Shown here one piece after another: positions 13,913 through 25,255 of a stretch of DNA of 64,000 nt. The translations under genes were made by a program, and so were the position numbers. Origin of the DNA: Orbicella franksi (taxonomy: Eukaryota); NCBI GenBank assembly GCA_964199315.1, contig OZ116711.1, positions 4,464,001 to 4,528,000 on the forward strand, written 5' to 3'. Numbering within the stretch: the first letter of the stretch is position 1; each line of letters begins with the position of its first letter. The notes under the pieces were generated by a model. That model searched no databases, was not told the DNA's origin, and saw nothing but the letters and a program-made list of their open reading frames with translations.

Positions 13913-15968
13913 TTTGACGACGTTTCTGCCTTCTTGGTGCTTTTCACTGTCGTTAAAATGAGCAAATGCCAAGCAGTTCAAAGGATATTCTGCAAAAATG
14001 TAGTTGGATATGTCTTCGGCAGGAATGCCCAAGAAAACAACGACAAAACAGCCAAGTTTTCATCATTTTCCCTTTGAATGGTAGCGTTCTTTTCCTGAGG
14101 GATTCTCTTCCTTCATTTCAAATGATTGTTTCTACGAAAACAGGAAACCATTGTGTCATTTTCGTCGACTCTCCACAGAAATGTCGATGACTTCACTGTC
14201 TCTCTCTCTCTTGCAAAGCCATAACATCACACATATGAGCATGCGTGACAGTTTTGTCTGCTGGCCAGTAAAAAGCGGGGGGCTGGGGTAGGGGGTGGAA
14301 ACAAAACCACGTTACAACAACGTTTTTTCCCCCTATTTATTTCATCATCTTTTATCATACATTTATTTACAAAAAAAATTGCGAATTATCTAGGCAAACA
14401 CTCCTAACCCTCCTACAAAAATTTAAATTAATTTGAATTTAATCAATTGCTGAATTAATTTATTTGAGTTTACAAAAAAAAAAAAATACAAAGGAATATT
14501 TAGATGTGTACCTTGACCCTCTATCTCTCAATACAGTGGTATTTAAATTTCTCAAACCTCCAAGGGAAACAAAAAAATATCATTTTTGAGAAAAAAGAAT
14601 GCAGAAGATATCGCTGGTAAAATTACAGGGAAGCAAATCGAAGGTAAACAACTTTAGAAGTTGCGAGAAATCAAGGGTTTGAGAATTAAAAGGCAGGGCT
14701 AATACGTGGACCAGATCAATGCAGATCACTGATCTTATGTAAAATCATCAATTTAAATGAGAATGAAAACCATTCAGGATACATTATGCATAATTTGTCA
14801 AGTTGTGAATCCTGCTGATGTCCCGCCAAATTCTCAGCGCTAACAATTGAATTTATATTTTATATTTATTTCAAGAAAAATCTCAGATGAAAAATGTTTG
14901 CTTAAAAATGTAAAAAATATCTTATATCCTAGCTATATAATTTGCACAACAACAACAAGTAATATCCTTACACTGTGAAAATATGTTGTTTCAAGGTTGC
15001 TGAATGAGATTTGAGAGAAAACAAGAATATACTTTGTACTAATTAACATAGTTTATGTAATGTATCATGACAATTATGTGGATATGTAAATTAAATTATG
15101 GATTACTGTTAATGTGTACATTATGATTACTGCCAAAGCTCTATTGATCCCGTGGCAGGTGGAAAGGGTGGGGTACAGAGGTGCCTTATTTCCTGTCCAA
15201 ATCTTTTGGAAGCAACAAAAGCCTTCAGTTTCAACCCATAAAATTAAGACATACTTTTTCAAAGTTTCCCAATAGAAATTTAATCTTGTTGATGAATAAC
15301 TTTAAAAACACTAATTTACAACACCGAGTGCAAAATTATAGTTTTCTAAAAATTGTCACGGCGTATCTTTTAGAGAAAGGAGTGATAATAGAGCTTTCTT
15401 CTGTTGAAATATTCTAAGTAAAACTTTGATTAAGTATTACAAAAACTATGAGCTTATATTTCTGACTGGTAGTGCTCTATATTCTAGTTTCATGTGATGA
15501 AAGGGGTCAGACCATTTCTCTTGTGTTGCCACATATTGATGCTACCTTCCCAATGCTTGTCTACTGTTGATGAGCTCAACCACTAAAAGTGATACATTTT
15601 CTCTGGTATTTATAGAGGAGTTGAGTTTAAAGAAGAACATGTTTTATATACTATTTTCAGTTTGCCCTGGGCTAAAGAAATAAAACTATTGGGAAATCAG
15701 AGAGACATGATGACCCACCTACTTCAATTTTTTTGCATAAAGAATACTCAGCCATTGGGTAAATGGCCTAGTGAAATAGTAACAACAAAATGCACACTCT
15801 GCTTGGCTTATTTGTGACTATGACAAAATGTTGAATACTGTAACATTGGTAACATTACTGTCTCACTTTGTGTTCTTTTAAAATTAACTATGGGCAAAAT
15901 TTTATTTTGACCTATCGGTATTTTCTATTGTTTCTTCTTTAAATATTTTCCTTAGCTTTGTGTAAGAA

Positions 15969-17219
15969 TCAAATCTCCAGTGTCTTTGGCACTTCCCATG
16001 AGAAGCCAGGCTTGAAATGGCCAAAGACACTAGTTTCTTTGAAAATGGGTTTACGCAAATCTAGATCCCTGATGATTGCTCCAGGTCTGAGATCAAAGTT
16101 ATTCAGGATAACCTTTAAAAGTTCATTATCAGGAATTTCGCCACTGCCATAGCTGAAAACGGACACAGACAAAGGCTCAGCAATACCAATTGCATAGGCT
16201 ACTTGCACTAAAACACGCTTGCAAAGCTTTGCTGCAACCAATGACTTTGCAATCCACCTGCAGGCATAACTTGCTGACCTATCCACTTTTGTGGCATCTT
16301 TGCCTGAGAATGCACCGCCCCCGTGTGCACCCCACCCACCATAGGTGTCTACGATAATTTTGCGGCCTGTGAGACCAGCGTCTCCCATGGGACCCCCATA
16401 GAGAAAGATCCCTGAAGGTAGCAGATGGAAAATGGTGTTCTCATCAAGGTATTGTTCAGGAATGACACCTTTTATGATAGTCTCCTTTAAATGGTGTCGA
16501 ATTTCTTCCACAGGTACACCCTCTGCATGTTGGCTGGAGATCAATACAGTGTGAACTCGCTGTGGTATGCAGGCTCCACCTTGCAAACTGTATTCCACAG
16601 TCACTTGTGTCTTGCCATCGGGTCTAAGCCAAGGCAAAGTTCCATCCACCCTGCAATCTGTTAGTTGTTTCGTCAGTTTGTGGGAGAGTACCGTTGTTAA
16701 GGGCATTAATTCTTCAGTTTCATCTGTTGCATATCCAAACATCAAGCCCTGGTCACCTGCCCCAATCTCTAATTCTTTCTTGTCCAAGTACACGCTCCGA
16801 GCTATCTCGCCAACTTGCTCTTCAATCGAAAGCAAGACACTGCATGTTTTGTAATCAAAACCTTTGGAAGAATCATCGTATCCGATTTCTTTAACAGTGT
16901 TCCGTATAACGCTTTGATAGTCGACTCTCGCTCCAGAAGTAATCTCGCCAAAAGCCATAATCATTCCAGTTTTGGTTGCAGTCTCGCAGGCGACTTTGGC
17001 ATACGGGTCTTGTTCCAAGTGCGCGTCTAAAATCGCATCAGATATTTGATCGCACATTTTATCAGAATGCCCACGGCAAACGGACTCAGACGTGAAAAGA
17101 AATTCGCTCCGATCGCTTGTGCTGTACGCACCGCTAACATACGACCGTGAGCAGCTTGCAGCAGGAGCAAACTTGGATGCTATCAGGCGAGCCAGCATCT
17201 TTGCCCTTGAACTCAACAT
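15969..17219 (-). CDS. MAT: S-adenosylmethionine synthetase (MAT), intronless divergent paralog, 416 aa, with putative mitochondrial presequence
   Basis: Single ORF. Signature motifs [11 protein letters not shown] and GGGAFSGKD, plus [38 protein letters not shown] (animal-type). First ATG is at 17219; the ORF-track start at 17264 is a GTG. Confidence 0.95.
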   Translation of the reverse strand: MLSSRAKMLARLIASKFAPAASCSRSYVSGAYSTSDRSEFLFTSESVCRGHSDKMCDQISDAILDAHLEQDPYAKVACETATKTGMIMAFGEITSGARVDYQSVIRNTVKEIGYDDSSKGFDYKTCSVLLSIEEQVGEIARSVYLDKKELEIGAGDQGLMFGYATDETEELMPLTTVLSHKLTKQLTDCRVDGTLPWLRPDGKTQVTVEYSLQGGACIPQRVHTVLISSQHAEGVPVEEIRHHLKETIIKGVIPEQYLDENTIFHLLPSGIFLYGGPMGDAGLTGRKIIVDTYGGWGAHGGGAFSGKDATKVDRSASYACRWIAKSLVAAKLCKRVLVQVAYAIGIAEPLSVSVFSYGSGEIPDNELLKVILNNFDLRPGAIIRDLDLRKPIFKETSVFGHFKPGFSWEVPKTLEI

Positions 17220-17649
17220 GATTGTAGCGTAAAAAATAGTATTAGTAAAGGTGTTTGTCTTCACGTGACTAAAGTGCTATAAACTCTTCAGCCAGCAGAT
17301 CTTTTCGTACCTTGCAGAGCCTTGCGTAAATAATGGCATGGTGGTGCAATCGGGCGATTATCACAGGGAATCGATACCAGATCGCGATCAACAGTTTATT
17401 CAATTCCACGCGCAATATTTCGAGAACAACACGAAATCAGCTTTTAAATAATGAGTCGATAATTATTTTAATTCATAATGATCTTAATCGGTAATCAATA
17501 TTAATTATTCAAACATTTATGAGATCCAATATAGGATCGTTGATTAGTCGGATAACTCCGTAGCCCTTTGGAAATCCGATCTTGGGTGTCGGAAATTCTC
17601 GTAAAACTCCAGCACTTATCAACAAACCGAATTTCATTTCCGCTGCAAA
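17220..17649. promoter_or_regulatory. Putative bidirectional promoter/5'UTRs shared by MAT and NALCN
   Basis: 430 bp between divergent ATGs, CpG-containing, with palindromic E-box TCACGTGA (17261-17268), TTGCGTAA (17322-17329) and a CCAAT near 17526. Confidence 0.6.
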
Positions 17650-20600
17650 ATGGAAGCAAGAGGACAGTCCTTAGTTATTGAGTCTGACCATCATTCTTCA
17701 TCGCAAACCTTATGGCCCCTTCGGCAAGCGCTCTACGCCGAATCTGAGGACGACGATGAAGAGAACGAAGACGAATTATCGCGAACTTGGTGGGTAAAAA
17801 CTCGTTGGTTTCAGCGTCTAGTACAAGTATGTGCGCTTGTCAGTTTGACTTCTACAGCCATGAATTCGCCAGAAACATTTAAACATAACAATTCGCTGAG
17901 ATACATAACTCTTGCCCTAGACATTGTGGTCGCTGTTGTTTTTACCACTGAAATGATCGCGCAGATAAACATGTGGGGTCTATGGCGAAAACAGAAGGCT
18001 TACTTCAAGAAACCACAGTCTATTTTTAATGCAAGCATGGTTTTCCTTATAATGCTATCGATCTTGCTACAAATTATTGAAATTTCTGGCTATATCCCTG
18101 ATAATTACGTAGCATTTTCGGTTCCAAGAGCCCCAAGAGCGTTAATAATAGTTCGATTCTTCAATGTGCTTATTACAATCAGCTTGCCGAAGTCGGTGGC
18201 TCGACGCTGTAAACGGCAAATCTGGGCCGTCACTTTGTTCTTGTTGTATTTTATGGCGTTCGGTTCGATTATTGGAGTTCAATTATTCGGACGCAAAAAC
18301 TATTACTGTGTCAAGAATGGAGCTGATTTGAATAATCTGACATACAACGATCTGTTATTGACTGACCATCGCTGCAACAATGTTACCGGCGAAACAGGAT
18401 ATTTCTGTCCACAAGGGTTTAACTGTGTTTTTGTGGATTTTGAGGAGAAGGATAAAGATTATTTCGGGGACTTCCTGCTAAGTATTTTAACAGTCTATGA
18501 AAGTTCTACACAAGAAGGTTGGGTTCTCGTCATGTACCGAATGATGGACTTTCGATCGCATCCCCTAGTAATCGTTTATTTTGTGTTGCTCATTTTTTTC
18601 GTCGCGTGGCTTGTAAAGAACGTCTTCATCGCCGTGGTGTCGGAAACCTTCGCCGATATTCGGAGCCTGTATATGTACAGTCGGAAATCTTCGAAGCGTA
18701 CTTCGGCTCGGCTGGCCTCTCAAGTTATCAAGGACGCAGGAACCGGTTGGCATTTAGTCTCGGTGGATCACGAAGCGGCTAAAGGTCATGCACCATTGCG
18801 TGTTCGACAGATTGTTAACTCTATTTACTTTAAATACACAATGATCTTATTTGTTGTGGTTGACGCTTTTGTTCAAGCTACTGTCCATTACGAATCAAGG
18901 AGATACGCGCAATTTGGGTTCACCATAGTTTTCGACCTTGAAGTTTTCCTGAAGATCTCATGTATAGGCTTTCGACCCTACCTTCTCCGTAGAATGCAGC
19001 TAACAGAGTTTATTTTAGCTGTTGGCAGCACTGTTTTCGCTCTACCAATTCTGATCTCGGAGAAAGCGTCTTTTCTGGCTGTCTTTAACGTGATGCGAAT
19101 AATCCGACTTATTGGAGCGATTCCCAAGCTTCAAGAGTTTTGCGAGAAAATCTTCGGAACTGGAAAGAAACTTGGAAGTGCTATCGTGTTTACGTTGATT
19201 TTTGTGATGGTCTCCTCCGTGATAAGCATGCAGTTCTTTCTGACTTTAGATGTGAAGAGGTTTGGTACCTTCACTAGCTCCATACAGTCCATGTTTCAAA
19301 TCATTACCCAGGAAGGGTGGGTGGAAGTTCTGGATGACTTAATCAACGCAACTACGAACTCAGCTGCAAAGGCTTTTGTTGCCATCATAATCTTGGCAAA
19401 TCATCTTTTCTCCTCGCTGATTATCATGAGCGTTTTTGTTGCAGTTATCCTAGACAACTTGGAACTTGACGAAGAGGTGAAGATTATGAAACAGAAAAAA
19501 ATGGGCGGTGAAAGCCGAGAATCCACCGAGGAACTTCCGTTGCGTCTTCGGGTCTTCGAGCGTTTTCGGGATGACCCTCGGCTTGTGAAGTTGAGTAGGA
19601 TAAAGACAACAGCTGATTTTTCCACTCCCAAGATTCGTGACAGTTTTATGAAGAAGTACATAGACAGTTCGGGCTTGGAAACTCACATTGGTGTGGACGT
19701 GGGGGAGAAAATCGGTGAAACTTCGCAGTTGAGAAGACGCCGCACAGCAATTCCGATAAAGCTGTTAAATTCGACGATATCCGAAGTGGATAAACTTTCA
19801 AAGTTCGTGAGAAAACAATCGAGTATCACTGCGCTTATTAATGACAGCAATCGCCGAAGGACCTACGCGCTTCTTTCGCCCACCGAAATCTCCCCGAGAA
19901 ATCAGGCCACCGTCGGCAGTAAGCAGCAGCCCGCTTCGGTTTTCCGATCTGCTTCGAGGCGTTTTCGAAGTCGCCCTCCACCGTCACCGAAGCAAGCTCA
20001 AGGTGATGTCAAACAAGTGATGCGGATTGCCAGTCAAGCGACGGGTCTTCACTCGCAGTTAAGCCAAGATGAAAATAACACGGGCCGAGACTTTGACATC
20101 CAGTGGGTGCGAATAAAACGCGAAGAGGCTCAGAGGAAAAAGAGAGCTCAAGTCGAGAAGCTTCGTGAGAATCACCCCTACTTTGACCAGCCCCTCTTCT
20201 CACTACAGCGTGACTCGTGGCTCCGAAGGTTTCTACAGAGCATGGTAAACGCGCGTTACATCATTCCACCCGGGTACACAGAGCGAGCGTCACGCAATCA
20301 TATTGTCACGATGGCACGGCTTCACAAGGTTCTCGCGTCACAGACGTACCTGGAGTGGATTATGATCGTTGTCACGCTAGTGTCATCCATATCTATGATG
20401 CTAGAGACTCCTACAGAGCGCACGTTTGTCAGGCCTGCAACAGAAGTCATTGAGTACATCTTTGTTGTTGCCATGAGTTTGGAGCTTGGCGTAAAAATTC
20501 TTGCAAACGGTTTGATTTTCACACCTCATGCCGTTATACAGAACTTTGGAGGTGTTCTGGACGTGACCATATACCTCGTGGCACTTGCCTATGTTGCCTG

Positions 20601-22902
20601 GCAACCACATCCGATACCCGCCCGCTCGGGGGCTCAGGTGTTGATGGTATTAAGGTGCCTTCGTCCCTTACGTATCGTCACATTGGTCCCGAAAATGCAG
20701 AAGGTGATCCTTGAACTGGTTGGTGGCTATAAAGAAATTCTCAAAGTAACTGCCGTGCAGTCTATTCTTATGTTCATTTTCGCCAGTTACGGTGTCCAGG
20801 TTTTCTCTGGCAAGTTCAGAAGCTGCAACGATCGAAGTATTAAGACCGAAGAGGAGTGTACAGGAATATTTGAAATAGAAATTGCCACGCCTCGCGAATT
20901 ACGCGTCGTCGCGGAATCTTCAAAAATGATGGTCCCACGCGTGTGGAAAAATCCCAGGAACTTCGACTTCGATAATGTTATCAACGCATTTCTAGCCCTG
21001 TTCGAAGTTCTTTCCTTGGAAGGCTGGTTGGAAGTGCGAGATGTGATCCAGGCAGTCGTAGCTCCGGAATACAGTATCTATGTCCATATTTACGTGCTTC
21101 TTGGAAGCATGGTCGGGCTGACCTTGTTCGTCGGGGTGATTGTCATGAATTTCAATGAGAACAAAGGCATTGCTTTACTCACTGTTGATCAGAGACGATG
21201 GCAGGATCTGAAGAAGCGCCTCCGACTGGCGCAACCTCTCCATCTTGCCCCTAGACCAAGGAAAGAAGGTTTTCGAGCCGTTTTGTTCGACGCCACGCAG
21301 TCAAGGATCTACAAAGTTATCGACATCTGTTTGGTGGTAATTACTTGCTTGACAGTCACGATCGCTCAGTGGACTACAGAGGACAATCTGAGAATGCGTG
21401 ACGCGCTGACCAGTACTGCAGCTGTGTGCTCGCTGTTGTTCGTTGTGGACATGTTGCTGAAAATTATCGCTTTCACCTTCCGAGGATACTGGCAAAGCCG
21501 GAGAAACCGGTTTGACCTGTTCTTGACCAGTCTCGGGGTACTGTGGGTGACGCTGAATTTTTCCTTAAAAGGGAGTGGTACGCCATATACAGTGACTACT
21601 TTTTTCGGGATGGTGATCATATTGTTCCGCTTCTTGACGCTCTCAGGTAAACACGACACGCTCAAGATGCTGATGTTGACTGTGGTCATGTCGCTGATAA
21701 AGAGCTTCTTCATCATCGCTGTTTTGATCGTTCTAATGCTCAGCTACTCTTTGGCCGGGGTGATCTTGTTCGGAACAGTGAAGTATGGAGAAGCGTTGAA
21801 CCGTCACGCCAACTTCAAGACTAGCTTTAACGCCATGATCCTTCTGTTCCGCATCACAACTGGAGAGGACTGGAACAAGATAATGCACGACTGTATGCTT
21901 TCTAAGCCTTACTGCACGGAAAATGCGGACACACCCAACTTCTGGCAAACTGATTGTGGCAACATCGCCGCGGCGCTGATTTATTTCATCTCGTTTTACG
22001 TCATCGTGACTTTTGTATTCTTGAACCTTTTCATCGCTGTCATCATTGAGAATTTTTCGTTGTTCTACTCGAGCGATGAAGACTCGCTCATCAGCAACAC
22101 AGACCTAAGAGACTTTCAGCTGACTTGGAACTTAGTGGATAAATACCGTAAAGGGGTGTTATCAGTTAGGCAAGCTAAGCTTGTGCTTCGCTTGCTGAAA
22201 GGCCGCTTAGAAGTTGACAGTGGGTCGCTGTTGTTCAAACACATGTGCTGCGAGATTGAAAAGCTTCGGAACGGCTGTGATGTTTCTTTTCACGATGTTC
22301 TAGGCGTGCTAGCTTACCGTTCGGTAGACATCAGTCGAAGTTTGCAACTAGAAGAGCTTCTCGAGCGAGAAGAACTGGAATATCAGATCGAGGAGGAAGT
22401 GGCCATACAGACCATCCGTGATTGGTTCACCAACCTGCGCAAGAAGCGGGCCGAGCGGGAATGGATCCGACATTTAGAGCAAGGTGGCATTCCATTGGCT
22501 GGAGGTATCCAACTGTCTGATAAAAGTCCTGGGGCCTCAAGCGCGGAGAGCTTAGAACACTCAGCTAATGAAGACCCTGAGCGTGAGGAGCGTGATACCG
22601 AACGCGAGGCTCGAGAACACGACAGTAGCGAAGATGATGATTTTCCAGTGTCGCCTTCTTCCAAAGGACCAGCAATTCTCCTTTCTGCTCCGCCGCCAGC
22701 CAAGAAAACGGAACGAAGTAATTCTGCACCTCGTAAGAGTTCTGTTACATTTCCCGATGAATTGTCGATGTCAGCGAAACGACGAAGTCTACCGGAAGCC
22801 CTGACTAATCTGAAGACACGAAAGAAAAGTATTCCCGAGATAAAGGAGTTCGCCGGAGAGGTTCGTGATTGGTGGACGACTCAGATGAATGACGGGCCCT
22901 GA
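17650..22902 (+). CDS. NALCN: Sodium leak channel NALCN-family four-domain channel, single exon, 1750 aa, EEEE filter
   Basis: P-loops TQEGW, TQEGW, SLEGW, TGEDWNKIMHDC. LRENHPYFDQPLF in the II-III linker, LMVLRCLRPLR S4, VDQRRWQDLKKRL, IEEEVAIQTIRDW. Confidence 0.96.
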   Translation: MEARGQSLVIESDHHSSSQTLWPLRQALYAESEDDDEENEDELSRTWWVKTRWFQRLVQVCALVSLTSTAMNSPETFKHNNSLRYITLALDIVVAVVFTTEMIAQINMWGLWRKQKAYFKKPQSIFNASMVFLIMLSILLQIIEISGYIPDNYVAFSVPRAPRALIIVRFFNVLITISLPKSVARRCKRQIWAVTLFLLYFMAFGSIIGVQLFGRKNYYCVKNGADLNNLTYNDLLLTDHRCNNVTGETGYFCPQGFNCVFVDFEEKDKDYFGDFLLSILTVYESSTQEGWVLVMYRMMDFRSHPLVIVYFVLLIFFVAWLVKNVFIAVVSETFADIRSLYMYSRKSSKRTSARLASQVIKDAGTGWHLVSVDHEAAKGHAPLRVRQIVNSIYFKYTMILFVVVDAFVQATVHYESRRYAQFGFTIVFDLEVFLKISCIGFRPYLLRRMQLTEFILAVGSTVFALPILISEKASFLAVFNVMRIIRLIGAIPKLQEFCEKIFGTGKKLGSAIVFTLIFVMVSSVISMQFFLTLDVKRFGTFTSSIQSMFQIITQEGWVEVLDDLINATTNSAAKAFVAIIILANHLFSSLIIMSVFVAVILDNLELDEEVKIMKQKKMGGESRESTEELPLRLRVFERFRDDPRLVKLSRIKTTADFSTPKIRDSFMKKYIDSSGLETHIGVDVGEKIGETSQLRRRRTAIPIKLLNSTISEVDKLSKFVRKQSSITALINDSNRRRTYALLSPTEISPRNQATVGSKQQPASVFRSASRRFRSRPPPSPKQAQGDVKQVMRIASQATGLHSQLSQDENNTGRDFDIQWVRIKREEAQRKKRAQVEKLRENHPYFDQPLFSLQRDSWLRRFLQSMVNARYIIPPGYTERASRNHIVTMARLHKVLASQTYLEWIMIVVTLVSSISMMLETPTERTFVRPATEVIEYIFVVAMSLELGVKILANGLIFTPHAVIQNFGGVLDVTIYLVALAYVAWQPHPIPARSGAQVLMVLRCLRPLRIVTLVPKMQKVILELVGGYKEILKVTAVQSILMFIFASYGVQVFSGKFRSCNDRSIKTEEECTGIFEIEIATPRELRVVAESSKMMVPRVWKNPRNFDFDNVINAFLALFEVLSLEGWLEVRDVIQAVVAPEYSIYVHIYVLLGSMVGLTLFVGVIVMNFNENKGIALLTVDQRRWQDLKKRLRLAQPLHLAPRPRKEGFRAVLFDATQSRIYKVIDICLVVITCLTVTIAQWTTEDNLRMRDALTSTAAVCSLLFVVDMLLKIIAFTFRGYWQSRRNRFDLFLTSLGVLWVTLNFSLKGSGTPYTVTTFFGMVIILFRFLTLSGKHDTLKMLMLTVVMSLIKSFFIIAVLIVLMLSYSLAGVILFGTVKYGEALNRHANFKTSFNAMILLFRITTGEDWNKIMHDCMLSKPYCTENADTPNFWQTDCGNIAAALIYFISFYVIVTFVFLNLFIAVIIENFSLFYSSDEDSLISNTDLRDFQLTWNLVDKYRKGVLSVRQAKLVLRLLKGRLEVDSGSLLFKHMCCEIEKLRNGCDVSFHDVLGVLAYRSVDISRSLQLEELLEREELEYQIEEEVAIQTIRDWFTNLRKKRAEREWIRHLEQGGIPLAGGIQLSDKSPGASSAESLEHSANEDPEREERDTEREAREHDSSEDDDFPVSPSSKGPAILLSAPPPAKKTERSNSAPRKSSVTFPDELSMSAKRRSLPEALTNLKTRKKSIPEIKEFAGEVRDWWTTQMNDGP

Positions 22903-22978
22903 AAGTTCCAGATTGGTGGACTGATCAGGTGAATGACGTGATACACCTGTTAGGTCTGTGACTGGTAAATGATTTAAT

Positions 22979-23252
22979 TAGAGCGGTTTACAATTGAGTG
23001 TCACAAAACCAAAACCAAAGTAATCACTCTAGCCAATCACAAAGAACACGGACAATACAGTGAACCAATCAAAACTCCAAGTAATTACATGTAGCTGACG
23101 CGAAACGACGGAAGACGAGTGCGAACGAGTCATGATTGGTTTTAGTTTTACTTCTGATTGGATGAAAAAGTGGCGCGAGTATTTTTAAGCCAATCGTGTA
23201 GCGTAGGAGATGCAAAACCAATTACTTTTCGACACTCAAATGAAAACAGCTA
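22979..23252. mobile_element. MITE in the NALCN 3' flank
   Basis: TIRs TAGAGCGGTTTACAATTGAGTGTC / GACACTCAAATGAAAACAGCTA with internal CCAATC/GATTGG repeats. Confidence 0.7.
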
Positions 23253-23486
23253 CATGTTGGGCTCTAGAATCAATAATTTGGCTAAACGTTTACACAATAG
23301 AGCAATAGGCGTTATTGCAGTTATCAGAGGTTTGACATACAAACGAGGCAAAAGGGTCCATTCTGCTCTGTGTTGATCCTCATCGCCTCGTTTGTATGGC
23401 TTTTTAAACAGTGGGATATTTGACCGCAGACTCAACTGTAATAACAGCTATTTCTCATGCCTATCCATAAACTCAATCAAATTTAA

Positions 23487-23730
23487 CACGGACACCACTG
23501 ATATGGATTGTGGACAGTTTCGGTATCAAAAACAAATGGCAAATAATGGTAAATAATGGCAGCTTGTAATATCCGCACCCCCTCCCCCTTTTCCGGTTGA
23601 GGACTATCGGCTCCAGGTAGGATAATTTTATTGCTCCCTGCCGGGATTTCAGAAGAATTTTTTAAATTTCCACCTCGGTTCTTTAACGGTGTTTTAACGC
23701 AATGGCTCAATATCGAATGTGGTGTCCGTG
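23487..23730. mobile_element. TTAA-flanked MITE (piggyBac-like)
   Basis: TTAA|CACGGACACCA ... TGGTGTCCGTG|TTAA. Confidence 0.7.
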
Positions 23731-25088
23731 TTAAATCTGATATCGTAAAGCTCGTAAATTCAAACCGAAGCAAATACACGACTGTTCACGACAGTTTTTG
23801 AGGGAAAAATGCTATGATACTGATAGAAACCGGGTTAAGCGGGATGTTTTCATCTTGTAAATATGTAGACAGGAAATAAGCGATAAGAAAACTTGTATAA
23901 TTAGCCTTGCGTTTAAAAATTAAAAAAGTGAAAACGTGCTTTGCAGATACATACCAACATAGAGTTCGTTCGTCGTTCAACAATATTTGTATTTCTAGCC
24001 GCGTCACTTGCTGCTTCCTCCTCTTTTAAAACATGGCACGGCTTTAAATTTTTCAGTTCAAGTTTTAAATGTAGCTAAATCCACCTTCAAAGTGTTCGTT
24101 ATAGATTAGTTTTTTGGCAACTTTGTTGTGCAGCCCAATTTAGAGCAAATCGTTCAGCTGTCGCTAAGCGCGGGAAAACTTCCATGCAACCGGCGCAAAG
24201 CACGGGAAAATGCCTGTAAGTCAAGTAAGACAGGTTTTGGTTTTGCTCCTAATTGGTTAAAAGATTGGCAAGAGCTCTATTGTGATTGGTTAGATTATGT
24301 TCTTCTAGAGCGCACTGAGTAAACGCGTAATACCAATTGATTGGTTGCGGAAATTTTGATTTTATACGAATATATATAATAAGTGTTCTATAATATATAT
24401 AATAAGTATTAATAGCCGTCAGTGGTTTAAAACTGCTGGTTCCAAAAAGGTTCTTTCACATTAAATCTACTGTACATATTCACGTTGTTTACGTTATAGT
24501 CTCACTTTATATTAATTTATATCAACTACTCCACTTACGATAGCAAAAAAAGATGCCAGTGTAATATGTGTAAAATAACCCTGTACATAGCAGGAAAAAC
24601 AAATGTACTTTACGAAGTAGCCTATATAAGAAGTCTGTTACACGATTATAACTGTATCATAGACTTTGCTTCTATCCAGTATTTTAGCTTCTGAAGAAAA
24701 AAAAACCATTGTATTGGCTATAACTACGGGTTCGATGTGATAGTTGGAAAGGTGCACACATTGCGCGAAAGTTTTTAATACGAGTACATCGATCCCGTTT
24801 AGAATTTTTCTTTTAAAACTGACTACGACAACTCTTGTAAGCTCAAGATGTATCGATAAAGATTTAGTGATCATAATTTAGACGACTAGATGTTCTTAGA
24901 AGCTTTCCAGCTTGTAGATGTGTTTTAGTTTTGCTTTGTGTTTGTAGCACACGGGACCCAGGGGTGTAGTCCAGGGGCAAAGTTCCTCCCCCACCCTAGT
25001 CTGTCAAAGGGGTTTTCTTCACCCTAGAAAAATCCCCGGGAATCAATATATCAACTCTGATATGTGCATTACAGTCGGAATATTTTCG

Positions 25089-25255
25089 AATAGCACTTTT
25101 CACGGTTACCTTTGCTCATTTGCATTACAATAAAATCTAGCGTGTATGTGAGGCAATTTCGGGCCATTTTGTAGTTTTAGCCCGAAATTGCCTCGCATCA
25201 AGGTTGGATTACGTTGTAATGCAAATGAAAAAAATTAACCGTGAAAAGGGCTATT
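25089..25255. repeat. Palindromic (foldback) MITE
   Basis: Nested inverted arms TTTTCACGGTTA/TAACCGTGAAAA, CATTTGCATTACAA/TTGTAATGCAAATG, GAGGCAATTTCGGGC/GCCCGAAATTGCCTC. Confidence 0.75.

Noticed and set aside
13980-13988. U12-type donor ATATCCTTT on the minus strand in the RB1CC1 5' region
   Set aside because: Only about 75 nt upstream of the ATG, with no proper TCCTTAAC branch site and AC/AG at a workable distance. Likely chance.
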